A stretch of DNA of 64,000 nucleotides from Octopus bimaculoides (lineage: Eukaryota). Below the pieces are notes generated by a model that did no database searches, was not told the DNA's origin, and saw only the letters and a program-made list of their open reading frames with translations. Numbering within the stretch: position 1 is the stretch's first letter; the number at the start of each line of letters is the position of its first letter. The stretch spans positions 80,245,917-80,309,916 of the forward strand of contig NC_068983.1 of the NCBI RefSeq assembly GCF_001194135.2, read 5' to 3'. Both the position numbers and the translations under genes were made by a program. Below, one piece after another: positions 51,015 through 63,999 of this stretch.

Positions 51015-54000
51015 TATTTTGCACATAAAATCCTCTAGATTTATCACAGAATTAAGGTTTAAAAGGGGATATTCTGTGATTTGTATTTTTTCTCCCCCAA
51101 TTCAAAAGTACAAAGCAATATATTTCTTTGAAGGATATTCTGAAGATTTTCAAGAGAGGAAGTCTTAAATTTTGCCAACTCTATTTATTAAAACATTAGA
51201 AGTAATATTATTTGGATAAGTAAACTAGGAGTAAAAAGGAAGTAGGGTATTCAGTAAATATTTAAATTCTTTTACTGAATATTTTGATTGCATCATTGGA
51301 TCTTTCAGTTGAACACATTTCAAACAAAAATCATCTGCAAGTTATTTAAGCATAGTTTGAAACTGTTCTTGTTTCATTTTTTTTTCTCCCAAATAAAACA
51401 ATAACTTATTTGTAAAGATTTTTAAAACCACCTTCTTGACATTAACTGATATCTTTGAAATATATAACTTCTTGATTTAAAGTAATGAATGGCAGTTGAT
51501 TGCTTTTACTTATGATAAATATTATAATTGTTAATTATTAACATGTTAAAAAATTGTTTTACATGTATATCTTTGTTCAACAAGCTGTGATGTCAAATTA
51601 AATTTTATTTTTTTGTCATAAATACTTATTTTAATCTAAAAACATAAAACTAATTCATTTAGTGAACTTAAATTTCTTTCCGGTCAATTTGCTGTCAGAA
51701 AGATAATATATAGTAAAAGTTATCAGAAACTATATATATATATATATATAAATATATATGTATAATATTCCAGCTGCATGTTTCTTTATTAAAGAATTTT
51801 AAATTCTAATTACTTTTGATTTTTAAAATGTTTGAAATTTATATTCCTTTCTAGTTATTTGCTCTAGTGCAAAGAAAATGTGAATATTCTTTGAAAATTA
51901 GAAAAAAAAATATTCTTGGCTGTTAGTAGATAAAAGATATTTGTTATGAATTGTATGGCTTCTCCCCTCAGCCAAATCCTGCCATGATTTCTTAATATAT
52001 AACTCACTGTGATCAAGATAAGCTGTTTTGAGTATTTTCTTTTCCAAATTTGTTTTTAAATCCTTTGCAAATTAACGTAAAAGGAGAAAATTAACTAAGT
52101 CTGTGCTAATTAAACCAAACCAAATGCATGTAAATTTTCATTTTTTTTTTTTTTAATCTACAAACTGTCAATTTCTTTAATCATACACAACAGACGCAAA
52201 CATACATAGATGTGACTCCTTCTCAATGAAAATCTTTTGATTATCCTATGAAAAAAAATCATTTAAAATAAAAGCTGTTTTTAAGATACTAGCTTTGCTC
52301 AGAGAAGAGATATTTGTTGACACCATATCCTTAAAGGCTAAATGAATGAATTATCTTAATTTTTGTTTTTAAATCTGCTCTCTTTGAGAATATAATAGTA
52401 AGTTGTATAGTCATGCCAAATAAAGTATTTATTTTATTACATATATGCACCAAATTGACAACAGATTATTTTCTATTTCTAGCAAAGAAAAATGTGTTCA
52501 CATTTCATTTCCTTTGCTAAGTATGGAAAACTAATCTTTACATGGGGAAACTTTTGTCTTTAAAAAACTGCTAATCGAGATAAACATATTAAAAAAAATG
52601 TAGATTTATGGTTTATATTAAATTCATATGCCTGAACGTTTGTTTATTTTGGTGGGGTGGGGTCTTGTGTATTATATATCAATTAGATATGATGCTAAAA
52701 ACATCTTACAAACAAATCTCAACAAAATGTAGTAAAATTAATTTTGGTTTCATCTACAATAAAATATTTAGTTAGCTGGAATTATATTACGTTAATGAAG
52801 TATGGCTTACGAGAGAGACAAGACTTAACTGATTCATTATTCGATGAAAATGATCTTGAAAGAGAAACCAAAATTTCATTTCATTTTTTATTTTTACAAT
52901 TACATTTAATATAGCTGTTATAAAAACAATATTTAGTCTTATTAACATTGGCAACAGAATAACAAGTCAATGATGCTAAAAAGGGAATCAAATGAATCTA
53001 TTTTTATACCATTTGTATTTGATATCCTACTCTTCTGCCATTTTATTATTTGTGACCAGCTTATTTTGTTGCCTGGTTAACACAACTCTAAAGCACATAC
53101 ACATGTTAATATATTCTTAAAAATGGGAAATATATGTAACTCCAATGAATGTAACCTGCAGCCTGATTGTATTACTTGTAACAAAATAGAGCAGATTTTT
53201 AAACGCTAACTAAGATCAATTTCCTTGTTTAAAACAATAAACAAAAAGGTAAATTTTGTGCTTAATTTTCGTGTACTGATGGTCTTTTATAACAAAGACC
53301 ATCAAATTACTGTCTTTCAGGAGAACTGGTCTGCCTAATATCTCTTATCTTCAACAAAGTGTAGGCTGTTGCGTGATAAACTGGTTCACAGCAGATTAGA
53401 ATATATTTTATTGTTCTGTACACTACACCAATTCTTCTAACTTGCTACCAGGTAATAATGGCTCAGTTTTCTCTTGTTACAATATTTGATGAAAACAAAA
53501 AGAAGCACTCTGTATAAACAAATCTTGAGACTTGTAAAAATCCCATTCATAGCTGATAAAATTGATGTTAATTCTCTGAGTGAATCTCCAGGGTCTCTAT
53601 GATACATTTTCTTAAAAGCTTTATATAAGTAAACAAGCCCATTTCATTGGTCAGATCTCAATTATAATTGTACAGTTCACATTTTTACAAAGAAATATTT
53701 CAATCCTTAAAGCTAATGATCTATACGTAAAATATATATAATTAATTTATAATTCTGAATCATTGAAACCATGTCAGTAATGTTAATTTTTCAATTAAAA
53801 ATTAACAGTACAAGATTCCTAATATTTAAATGAAAACAGATTTATCTTAAGAAAATCAAAATGCTCTTTTAAAAGCTGGAGTATTTCACACGCAGCTAAA
53901 TTCTCTCATAAATGAGAAATTATCCTATTGAATTATAATATAATTATGAAATTAATTTAAATATATACTTCCTATATCTGTACATTATTTATTTTTATCA

Positions 54001-55394
54001 TTATGCTCATAACTGAGGTTAGACATCATTGGTTTTAGGGGCATATCTTTTATCTCATCGATTAAATTTGTTACAAATATGTAACAATGTCCAGCATGAT
54101 AATATGAAGCTAGTTCATATATGTTTAGTAAATGATGAAATAAAGCTTTTGAATTTCGAGAAGATTATAAAATGTAGGGACCAAGCAAATAAGTTATATT
54201 ACATACCTATGCTTGTTAATATCTTTCACATTTTATTTCCTTGCTTAACCAGCTTGCTCTTTGAATAGGTTGGCTAAGCAAGGCTGTCCATATAGGTTCA
54301 AAGACTTTCAAATTTTAAATGGGAAAGGTTGTTATAAGATTTAACAAATTTTGACTGCTACATTGAAAAGCAGTTTGTGGTGCTCTGAACTTCACATGTT
54401 AAACAAAATATTTGGTTAATTTGAGTCTTCTGGTTATGAAAGGATTTCAGTTTAGTTGCTTTTGCAAACTCAAGTAGTATGAGTCAAGCTGCATGTTATA
54501 TAATTTTTCAAAAGTGTTATTTTCAAAACGATATACCCCACACCCACTAAAAAATTATTTCAAACAAAGCTGCTCTATAGTTAGGACCCTGCTGTGTCAT
54601 TATTATTCTGGTACCAAGTATTGTTTATTAAAGAGAAAAAAGAATTTGAAAAGTTATTTCTCTTTAGTTTTTCTCCCAGACTACCAAGTGTTTGGGTAAA
54701 TGATTGTATCCAGGCTGCTGTATACCTGTTGTTTGTTGTCATTTCCTGTTATGATGGTTGTAAACATTGTTGAAGCTGAGAATAATCATGTCAACTTAAA
54801 GCTGTGCAGGTTTGTTCGCTAGTGCCTTCCTAGAAGTCTTGCTCGGATCTATACCTGGAACCAAATCAACGTCCTTCCTTTCATTTCTGTTTGGTCACTT
54901 GGACCATAACAGTAAGCCATTAAATCAGGCTGCAGACATGTTTACTGTTGAAACTTGTAGTCAGTGCTTGTAAATACACTTGTTTGACCCTTGATTTTTT
55001 TGTCTGTTATTTTTTATTTATTTTCTAGGTAACTTACATTGCATTCTGTTGTCATTCAATGACCAATTATTATAACTGTTTGCTAAGTGAATTTGTGTTG
55101 TTGTTTTTTTTAAATATACAAATTGCTCTAATATTTTTTGGTACAAAAATTTTTATTATTTTAGAATCAGATTAAAAAAAAAATTTAGTATATTAACAGC
55201 AAATGGATTGGTTCCGCTCATCCCCTTGAAAAGCAATATTAGCTTTTGAATGTGCAATATTTGAGCTGAAATGTTATATCGGTTGTGACTCAAAACAGCT
55301 TTCTTAAGTATTGCTTTTATCCTTTGCTAATTCACATTAGTCAATAGTAAATATAATACAATACTATTAATTTAATATCATTATTAATTTCCAG

Positions 55395-55515
55395 TTCTTT
55401 ATGTTCAAATCCTACTGAGGTTAACTTTATTTTATCAACCTTGGAGGGATGAAAGGTCGAGTAGAATTGACTCCTCGATATTTCTGGCCTTATGCCATAA
55501 TTTGAAACAATTATT
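55395..55515 (+). mobile_element. Old partial family A SINE
   Basis: gttcaaatcctactgaggttaactttattttatc...ggccttatgccataatttgaaac. Confidence 0.55.
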
Positions 55516-56379
55516 ACCGTTATTTTAAATAATCCTGGTGATGTATAAATAAGGAAGGAAAATTTGTCTTTTTAACTCATTTGTGGTCTTGGAAATTCTG
55601 ATTTTATTACTAATAAATAGAATTTTTCTTCTTTTCATTTAGATCAATAATTAACAGTGCAAGAAATTATTTCAAACTGATAAAGATCAGAAGTTTAAAA
55701 GTTAATTTAACTTAATTTATTATATTTTCATGTCAAATCTAATCCAAGAAATTTGTAGTTTAATTTTAAAATGCATCCTCATAGATTTCTCTTTAGAAAA
55801 AAAAAAATTCATTCTGAGCTGAAAATTAATTTACCATTATCATTGTTCTCCAGCATTTATTGATATTCTACTTTTACAAGAACCACAAAGATTTATATGC
55901 CAACTAAACCATTTTCTTCAAACCTACACAAAGAAAATTAATCAAACGGACAACTTAAAGCAAGGGAGGTAACACACACACACACACACATATATTTGAC
56001 AGAATTATTCAGGGAAGAAAAGTACTCCCAAATTATTATTTATAAAATGCATTTGTTTTCAACACAGTGAGAAATTCACATTAAATATATTATACTGTAT
56101 TTATGTTATTGTGATAACTTCACAATAGCAGATAATTACAGCTCAGGTCTGTCAACATATCCAAAATATGGTTTAATCCTTGCTTTTACAACCTCACAGT
56201 CCCTAAAATATTCAATCGTCTTAAGTAAATATAAGAAAACTTTCTTAAGCCAATACAAAGCTTACATGAAGATTTAATATCTCTTCTTTTTAGAATAGAT
56301 TTGATGAGAGATGTTTTTACAAGAGAAAAAAAAGGAATTTTAATAATCAAGAACAAGTCTAATAATAATAATATGAACA

Positions 56380-56427
56380 CTTATTGAAAAACAATTAGTT
56401 TTATTGTAATGTATACACTACTCTCAT
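56380..56427 (-). other. MRPS11: Predicted non-coding terminal (3' UTR) exon of MRPS11
   Basis: On - strand: strong acceptor cctttattttctattttcAG (AG at 56429-56428) and AATAAA at 56405-56400. A donor AG|GTAAAG follows the stop codon. The 3' end is approximate. Confidence 0.5.
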
Positions 56428-57442
56428 CTGAAAATAGAAAATAAAGGTAGTTAATATTTTTTCATAACAAATAGTTAAAGATATTAAACACCAAGATTTT
56501 ACAATAAGAAACAACAAAAATCTCATTTATTTTTATATAGTCACAAAAAGATCTAACAGAGCCCATAGAAAAACCTCAATTGCAATATTTATTACAAGTC
56601 ACAGACCCAGCAAAACCCTAATAATGGGATTGAACCATCAATCTTTCAACTAATAGTAGACTAAAATTTTATCAATCCAGCCAGTCACAGCTCCATCATA
56701 AATCATTTACTGTGTTAACTGCTGAAGTGTTGAGTCAGTTTAAAAATGTTAAAATTTGGCTCCTTTAATAACTGTTTTTCTCAAAAAGTTCATTAGGCAT
56801 TAATTGGAATCTCTTTCATCAACATTTTTTCAACTCTTGTTTTAGCGAACCTAAATTACTTATTCCTTAAACTGCAAATTCAATAAATAGATAAAACTTA
56901 TTTCATTCATCTATCAGTTTAGCAGGTTTTCTGTCATTAATAATTCTGATTCACTGTCATGCACCCAGTGGCTTCTGCACCATACAAGACTAAGTTTCCA
57001 ACATTAAGAAAATAGGTTCTAAACTTTCTAGTTAACGTTGCTTGTCATGCCATTGTGCTTCTGCAGTCACCTTTTGTATTACCTACTTTTTTAAGCATGT
57101 TATATTGCTTGGTAATGCTGAAATTTTCATAAACCTTAAGGTTATTTATTCCAATGATATGCAACACTAGTTTCAGTTGTTGTACTAAGAAAATAAATTC
57201 TTGGTTAGGACTTTCATTTATAGTGTGTAACTTTACCAAAACATTCTGGTATTTCCCATAATCTGATAAATTAAAAGTGCCCTGTGCAAAGATACAACAA
57301 AAATGCCTGTAGTTGGACATCTATTTCAGTCAATATTTCATTAATTTATCCAGTCAGTCATTTCAATTGAATATTACTAGTTAGATTAAAGAAATAAAAC
57401 AGATTTTGTCTATTTCAAATAACAAATCTAAAAGAACTTTAC

Positions 57443-57550
57443 CTAAAGTCGTCTCTGTTTTCGAGGTCGCTCATTGCAATAGGTGACAGGTGTTGTATCA
57501 GTCAAAGATACAATATTTAAACCAGCTAACTGTAAACCCTTTATCGCAGG
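57443..57550 (-). CDS. MRPS11: MRPS11 last coding exon PAIKGLQLAGLNIVSLTDTTPVTYCNERPRKQRRL*
   Basis: On - strand: acceptor tttttattttcAG, 108 nt ending in TAG. Matches the uS11 C-terminus (S.TD.TP...RP.K.RR). Earlier exons were not found in the window. Confidence 0.9.
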   Translation of the reverse strand, partial: PAIKGLQLAGLNIVSLTDTTPVTYCNERPRKQRRL

Positions 57551-58632
57551 CTGAAAATAAAAATATTTTTGATATTAATTATAAATGGAAAAAAGAAGAA
57601 ATGTAAACGCTATACATGATGTCTGTCCATATAATTTAGAGATGTACCTTCAGATTCAAGATTAGCTTTCTAATTTATTTCTTGCCAAGTGGTTTATAGC
57701 TGAAGTTACTAAAGCAAGTTGAGACGTAATAAATTCTATTTCACACACACGGTTTCTTGTGAGAAACCATAGTTTCTATAAACTGAAAAATGAAATAAAG
57801 AAGCACTTGTGTTGTTTAACATCAGGTCAACCATCACTGAACGAATGACACTACCATTTTTTTTTCCAGGTATCTTGTATGTAATATTACACTACCTAAT
57901 GTAGTTTTAGTTACTATTTTTTAAGATGTGATTCAAAAGGAAATTTAGCTGCTGACTCTAACAGGTCAAACAGTCATCCAGCGGCTTCCATGTTAGCTCA
58001 AGCTTCTACGTACTTGTTTAACCTGCTAACTGCAGCAGTTAAATCCTCTCGACAAATTTCCTAATTAATAAAGATGGGGACAGCTACACCTAAAACACAT
58101 CTGACAATATGATGGCCACACTTGGAATTTTAGCTCATGCAATGAAAGTTGGCCTAAATTAACAAATAAAACATTTTAAATTTGCAGAGCAGGACAAACA
58201 GGTTATTAGATATCCAATCACTTCCATTCATATTTAATTTAAAATTTGGCGTTTGATTTTAAACAATAAATCAGTGGGTCTTTTTTAGACAATGTATACA
58301 CACAACTTAAACATTCCAACACAATATGTACATGTACATACATTTTCATAGTGTATAAGTAAAATTTAAATTGATTCTTTAACCACAGGTTAATTGCCTA
58401 TCTTCACATTGAGTTACACAAATACATACAGGTATATTGTGTAAATGTTACAATTTTAAATGTGTGTGAACCATGACAACTATTACAGTATATTTCTTAG
58501 TGAACACAGTTCACAACACCATTTAGATTTGGAACCACTTCACCAAAACTACACTTGCAATCTTGCACAGTTTTTTTATAAAGACATTTTATAAGATAAT
58601 TACATATAATAAAACAATAAAAGTATAATTAC

Positions 58633-58698
58633 AAAGCGTCCTGGACCAATGCCTTGTACAGCTACTCGTATATTTTTTACACCTGCAGTGATGGCTTT
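58633..58698 (-). CDS. MRPS11: Mitochondrial ribosomal protein S11 (uS11m), penultimate coding exon KAITAGVKNIRVAVQGIGPGRF
   Basis: On - strand: acceptor ttttcttccacAG, 66 nt, donor GTAATT, phase 0-0. RV.V.GIGPGR is the uS11 signature. Confidence 0.9.
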
Positions 58699-59269
58699 CT
58701 GTGGAAGAAAAGTAAATTAGTATCTACATTATAATTCCATGATTAGCTCTCAATAATAAAATTAACTACTTTTCTTTCTATTGGATTTCAGTTTATGTAG
58801 TTACATAGAAGTGATTGAAATAGTTGGACCATGAGAACATGGTGGAAGAGTATTAGAAGCAAGACTGATTAGATGTCAGAGTAGAAGTTACTTAAGACAT
58901 TCATAAACAAGCATAAAATCACTACACATTAACTTCTATCACTATCTGTTTACTCCCATCTAACACTCTTAGGAAAGCATTCACTTTTTCATCCCCCCCC
59001 CCATAACCCACTGTTGTTATTCTTACTTATTCTCTCCTTTTTATTCTTTGAGAGTTTGCTCTAGTACCCTATGACTACCGCCCTTTTATTTTTTTTCAGC
59101 TCTGTATCTCCTCTATAGGAAGACACCTGTGCTTATCCCTCTACCATATTTTAAACCTTCCAATACCTGGCATAAAGCTGCCCAACATCACCTCTTCCCA
59201 AATACTTCCTCTTAGTATTAGGGGTTTTTTCCTTTCATTTTTCCTTGTTCTTTTCTGCCTTTCAAATTA

Positions 59270-59462
59270 CATGGCAACCTCCATAGAGCTGGTAGCATGA
59301 AAAAAGCACTCAGTAAAGTAATTGCCATTAGGAAGGACATCTAACCATAGAAACCAAGCCAAATATGACATTGGAGCTCCATGCAGATCAGTAGCTTACT
59401 GGTTCCCTGTCAAACCATCCAACCCATGCCAGCATGGAAAGCAGACTTTAAAGGATGATGAT
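59270..59462 (+). mobile_element. Family C-type 3' tail fragment
   Basis: attaggaaggacatc...caacccatgccagcatggaaagcagac...gatgatg. Confidence 0.72.
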
Positions 59463-59638
59463 TATAAGAATTAATTTGAAGCAGAAAAGGACAACTGCCC
59501 AATTGATGAAGAATTTAAAACACATTTCACTGGTAGGGCAACAGTGGGTGACAGTATTACTAATTATACTACAAAGTGCCTGCCATTTTTTCTCTTTCAA
59601 ATTAAATCTATTTTCTCAGTGCCGATTAGTCAGTTACT

Positions 59639-59906
59639 TACCATAGCAAGACAGGTTATAACAACATATTCAAGTATGATATAAACTTATATCCAACATA
59701 ATGTACTCCAACTTAATGAATTAACTGCTAAGATTTTAAAAATCTTAAATGTAAAATTACCAGGAACCCCTTTTGTCAAAAATTAGGTTAAAAAATATGG
59801 GCGTTTCTTATATATGGATAGTATTATTACAGCTTACAAAACAGTTTTTCCAAATTTTAAGCTAAAAAAAATAGGGGATTCCTTATATACACGTTAAAAT
59901 ATGGTA
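59639..59906. mobile_element. Possible old pogo/Tigger-like MITE
   Basis: Begins tacca and ends ttatatacacgttaaaatatggta; the TIRs match only partly. Confidence 0.3.
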
Positions 59907-60528
59907 TATTAGACATTATAAGCACTAATTTGAGAAAGGAAAGAGCAACAGGCCCACTGGAAGAACATATATTGAATCCATCACTCGTTTCAACTCACAT
60001 TAAACATGACATCTATTGAATACTCTTTCATACACTAACCTATGCACTCCCACCAACACACACACATAAGCATATACAACTCATATACACAGGTACTCGC
60101 AATGATTTGTTTTATGTCCGTTTTCCCATGATAGCATGGATGGTAGAGTTTGCAATATGGCATCATTTCATACATCTCAGTCTGTGTGATACTGAAATAA
60201 GGTTTGAACTAAGTTTTCTACAAATGGATTACCATCCTATCATCAATTGTTTACAGAACAGGATGAATGTGTTTAACATGCAGCTAATATTAGAGCAGAG
60301 CTTTCTACACTTCTTAGTGTGAGCCATAATGGACAAGATGAAACAACCTCATACAAAAGCATTAATATATAATTTTGAAATATGAAGTGGCTAATTAGTT
60401 CAAATGCTAGATTACCAAGCTAAAATCATTTGGTTCACCCTGCTGCAACATAATGCATTATGTTGCAGCCCTAAAGGGAAGACATAACTAGACTTCCCTT
60501 CCATATTCTTTTCTAATATTTTGTACTT

Positions 60529-61060
60529 ATCATCATTGTTTAACGTCCGTTTTCCATGCTGGCATGGGTTGGACAGTTTGACAGGGGACTGGCAAGCCAG
60601 GAGACCAAACCAGGCACAAATCTGATCTGGCAATGTTTCTACAGCTGGATGCCCTTCCTAATGCCAACCACTCCGAGAGTGTAGTGGGTACTTTTTACAT
60701 GCCACCAGCACAGGAGCCAGTCAGGCAGCACTGGCNNNNNNNNNNCTAATGCCAACCACTCCGAGAGTGTAGTGGGTACTTTTTACATGCCACCAGCACA
60801 GGAGCCAGTCAGGCAGCACTGGCATCGGCCACATTCGGATGGTGCTTTTTACGTGCTACTGGCACAGGAGCCATTCGGAGTAGTGGGGCTGGCATCAACC
60901 ACGTTTGGATGGTGCTTTTTACATGCCACCAGCACAGGGAACCAGTTAGGTGGCACTGGCAATGGCCCACGCATGAATGGTGCTTATTGCATGCCAACAG
61001 CACAGGAGCCAGTCAGGCGGCACTGGATTCAGCCACAACTACAATTTCCATTTGAGTGGG
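60529..61060 (-). mobile_element. SINE-like family C with several tandem units
   Basis: Reverse complement of family C, interrupted by a 10-N gap. Confidence 0.82.
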
Positions 61061-61486
61061 ATTTGATTTGATCTTGACTCAATAGGTCTCCTCAAGCCAG
61101 CATGTCGCCCAATGATTCAAAGTACTTTTTAAATGGGCTGGTTATGTGACACTGGTGTAGGCTATGGCTGTGATTTCACTTTTCTTGCCAGGTCAGGAAA
61201 ATGTATTGTCCAGTTACAAAACATTTGTCATAGCTATTCATAAAACTGTCCAAATATATTTCCCTTTATTTCTTTTACTTAGTTTTGTCTGGGATATTTT
61301 CAAAAAACATTCAAATATATTTTAAATATACCAAATGATAAAACAAAAACCACAAACCTCTCCAGCTGCCACTCCTGTTGCTTGTCCAGCAATATTTGTA
61401 CCTTTTCTAGCATTTTGAAATCCTTCCGTTCCCTTTAAAAAAACAAAAAAAACCATAAATCATCAAGAATCATCAACAAAAATATA

Positions 61487-62220
61487 GGCGTAGGAGTGGC
61501 TGTGTGGTNNNNNNNNNNCTACTATAGCCTCGGGCCAACTAAAGCCTTGTGAGTGGATTTGGTAGACGGAAACTGAAAGAAGCCCGTCGTATATATGTAT
61601 ATATATATGTGTGTATGTATGTGTGTGTATATGTTTGTGTGTCTGTTTATCCCCCCAACATCGCTTGAAAACCGATGCTGGTGTGTTTACGTCCCCGTAA
61701 CTTAGCGGTTCGGCAAAAGAGACCGATAGAATAAGTACTAGGTTACAAAGAATAAGTCCTGGGGTCGATTTGCTCAACTAAAGGCGGTGCTCCAGCATGG
61801 CCGCAGTCAAACGACTGAAACAAGTAAAAGAGTAAAATTGTACACAAGGTGCAGGAGTGGCTGAGTGGTAAGAAGCTTGCTTCCCAACCACATGGTTTCA
61901 GGTTCAGTCCCATAACAAGGCATTTTGGACAAGTGTCTTCTATTACAGCCTCGGGTCAACCAAAGTTTGGTGAGTCGATTTGGTAGATGAAAACTGAAAG
62001 AAGTATATATGTGTGTATGTTTTCATGTCTCTGTTTGCCCCACCACCACCACTTGACATCCCCATTACTTGGCAGTTTGGCAAAAGAAACCAATATAGTA
62101 AGAGCCAGGCTTAAAAAAAAATAAGTATTGAGGCTGATTCATTCAACTAAAATTCCTCAAGGTGGTGTCCCAGAATGGCCACAGCCTAATGACTGAAACA
62201 AAAAATAAAAAGAAATAAAA
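61487..62220 (+). mobile_element. Two tandem family B SINEs (61487-61837, 61847-62220)
   Basis: Two successive GGAGTGGCTG.GTGG heads, each with a family B tail. Confidence 0.85.
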
Positions 62221-62497
62221 CTGTTGAGATGAGATTATAATTATTTAAATACCCAAAAGATTCCAAGGTCAATGTTTCTTTAAGCATGCTGTCCCTCATT
62301 GTGTGCTATAGCTGAATCTTACTTAGCTGTTACCTCTAACTTCAAACAAATGCAATGCATTGAGTGTCTCAGACTATTTCCTATTTGTGTTACTATCTAC
62401 ACAATATTTCCTTTGCATTCTATCTGTACTAATTTCTAACAGATTTTTTGCCTAGTTTTCTTTAGTTGTTCAATCTTAGCCAATAAATAGATATATT

Positions 62498-62852
62498 CTT
62501 TTACTGGTTTTAGTCATTGAACTGCAGCCATAGTAGGGAACCACCTCCAGCAATTTAGTGAGCCATATCAATCATTGTACTTATTTCAGTCTGGTACTAT
62601 TTTGTCGAGTGTAATTTGTTGAACTACTAAGTTATGTGACACAATGGGGCACACCATAAACTACAACAGGTTTTAGAGAAATAAACACAGGACACACACA
62701 GCCATACCAAATTATACACATGCATGTATGTTTTGTAAGTTACACTTACAGGATATTGGACAACTCAAGGCTATAGTTGAAGACACTTGTCCAAAGGGCT
62801 AAGCAGAATCATATGGCTGAGATTAAATGTCTTAATTACACAACCATGCCTA
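62498..62852 (-). mobile_element. SINE family B, diverged
   Basis: Reverse-complement head and tail motifs. Confidence 0.65.
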
Positions 62853-63302
62853 TATATATGTGCGTGCATATGTTTGTGTGAGTGTAGCAATATAAAAGCT
62901 TAAGATGAAGCAAAAAATATACTGATATAAATGAAATACATCAGAAACATAAGATTAGTCAAGCAAAAAACAAATTGCAATAGTTGTAAATCATCTAAAA
63001 ACAGAGATAAATCGATTTAATAACTATCTGAAGAACAAATAGCAACATGTGAATCAGATATCTATTAACTACTAAACATATGACACTTAACATTGTTTCT
63101 CCACTTCATAAAATGGTTTGTATACTTTTTAAATTTCCTTTTTACTTTATTTTCGTAATATTATAAATGACAGAATTAATTAATTAATTAATTAAATAAA
63201 GATAATCAAATCTCAGATGTACATTAGTGATGTAACTGACTATGATAAATCCAATAATTTTATGAGTTGCTATAAAGATAGTCTCTTGCTCAATATGTTT
63301 AA

Positions 63303-63486
63303 CCCTTTAGCATTCAGATTTCTCTGTCAAATGTCATAATTAATTCATTAATCAGTCATTACCGTCTTGCTTTGAGATTTTGATGATGTGATTGCCTATT
63401 TTTAGAATAACATTGTAGTGTAGTGATTTGAACTTAAAACAGGTAGAATATTTTGGTTGGATATGGTCAGTTTAAATGCTAAAGGG
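63303..63486. mobile_element. piggyBac-like MITE
   Basis: TTAA|CCCTTTAGCATT...AATGCTAAAGGG|TTGG; the right TSD is degenerate. Confidence 0.65.
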
Positions 63487-63964
63487 TTGGGAATAACAAC
63501 AAAACATAAACTGATAGGGTGACTCAATATTGAGGGTTGAGTGAAATTTATTGTAAAGTTCATATTAACTGAGAATCAGACGCTGGTTAAATATTAGGCA
63601 AAACTTGAATTCCATGTCAATATGAACATTACAGTTAGCAGCTAAAACCCTAGAGATGTCAATTGTGAAAGTATTACTTTATCAAAAAGCTTATTCCAGC
63701 TTCTTTTTTGTTAAATGAAATCTCAACAGCTTTTAAAAAATACCTTTAGAATTGTTAATAAATTTAGTTTACCTGAAAGAAAAACATATTTCAGAAATCA
63801 GCTGTAGTTATAAGAATAAAATAGAATTTAACAAAATACTTAATACTTACACAAGACTTTAATATGAGGACACTTCCTGTAAAAACAAATAAACCCAGTT
63901 TTAATATATATATGTGTATATATATATATATGTATATGTATATATGTATATATATGTATATATG

Positions 63965-63999
<35 letters not shown>

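Noticed and set aside
54700-54990. GC-richer block with a short - strand frame (RNERKDVDLVPGIDPSKTSRKALANKPAQL*)
   Set aside because: Weak acceptor, no partner exons and no recognisable homology.
59455-59690. Short + strand frames following the family C tail
   Set aside because: No splice context or motif; lies antisense within an MRPS11 intron.
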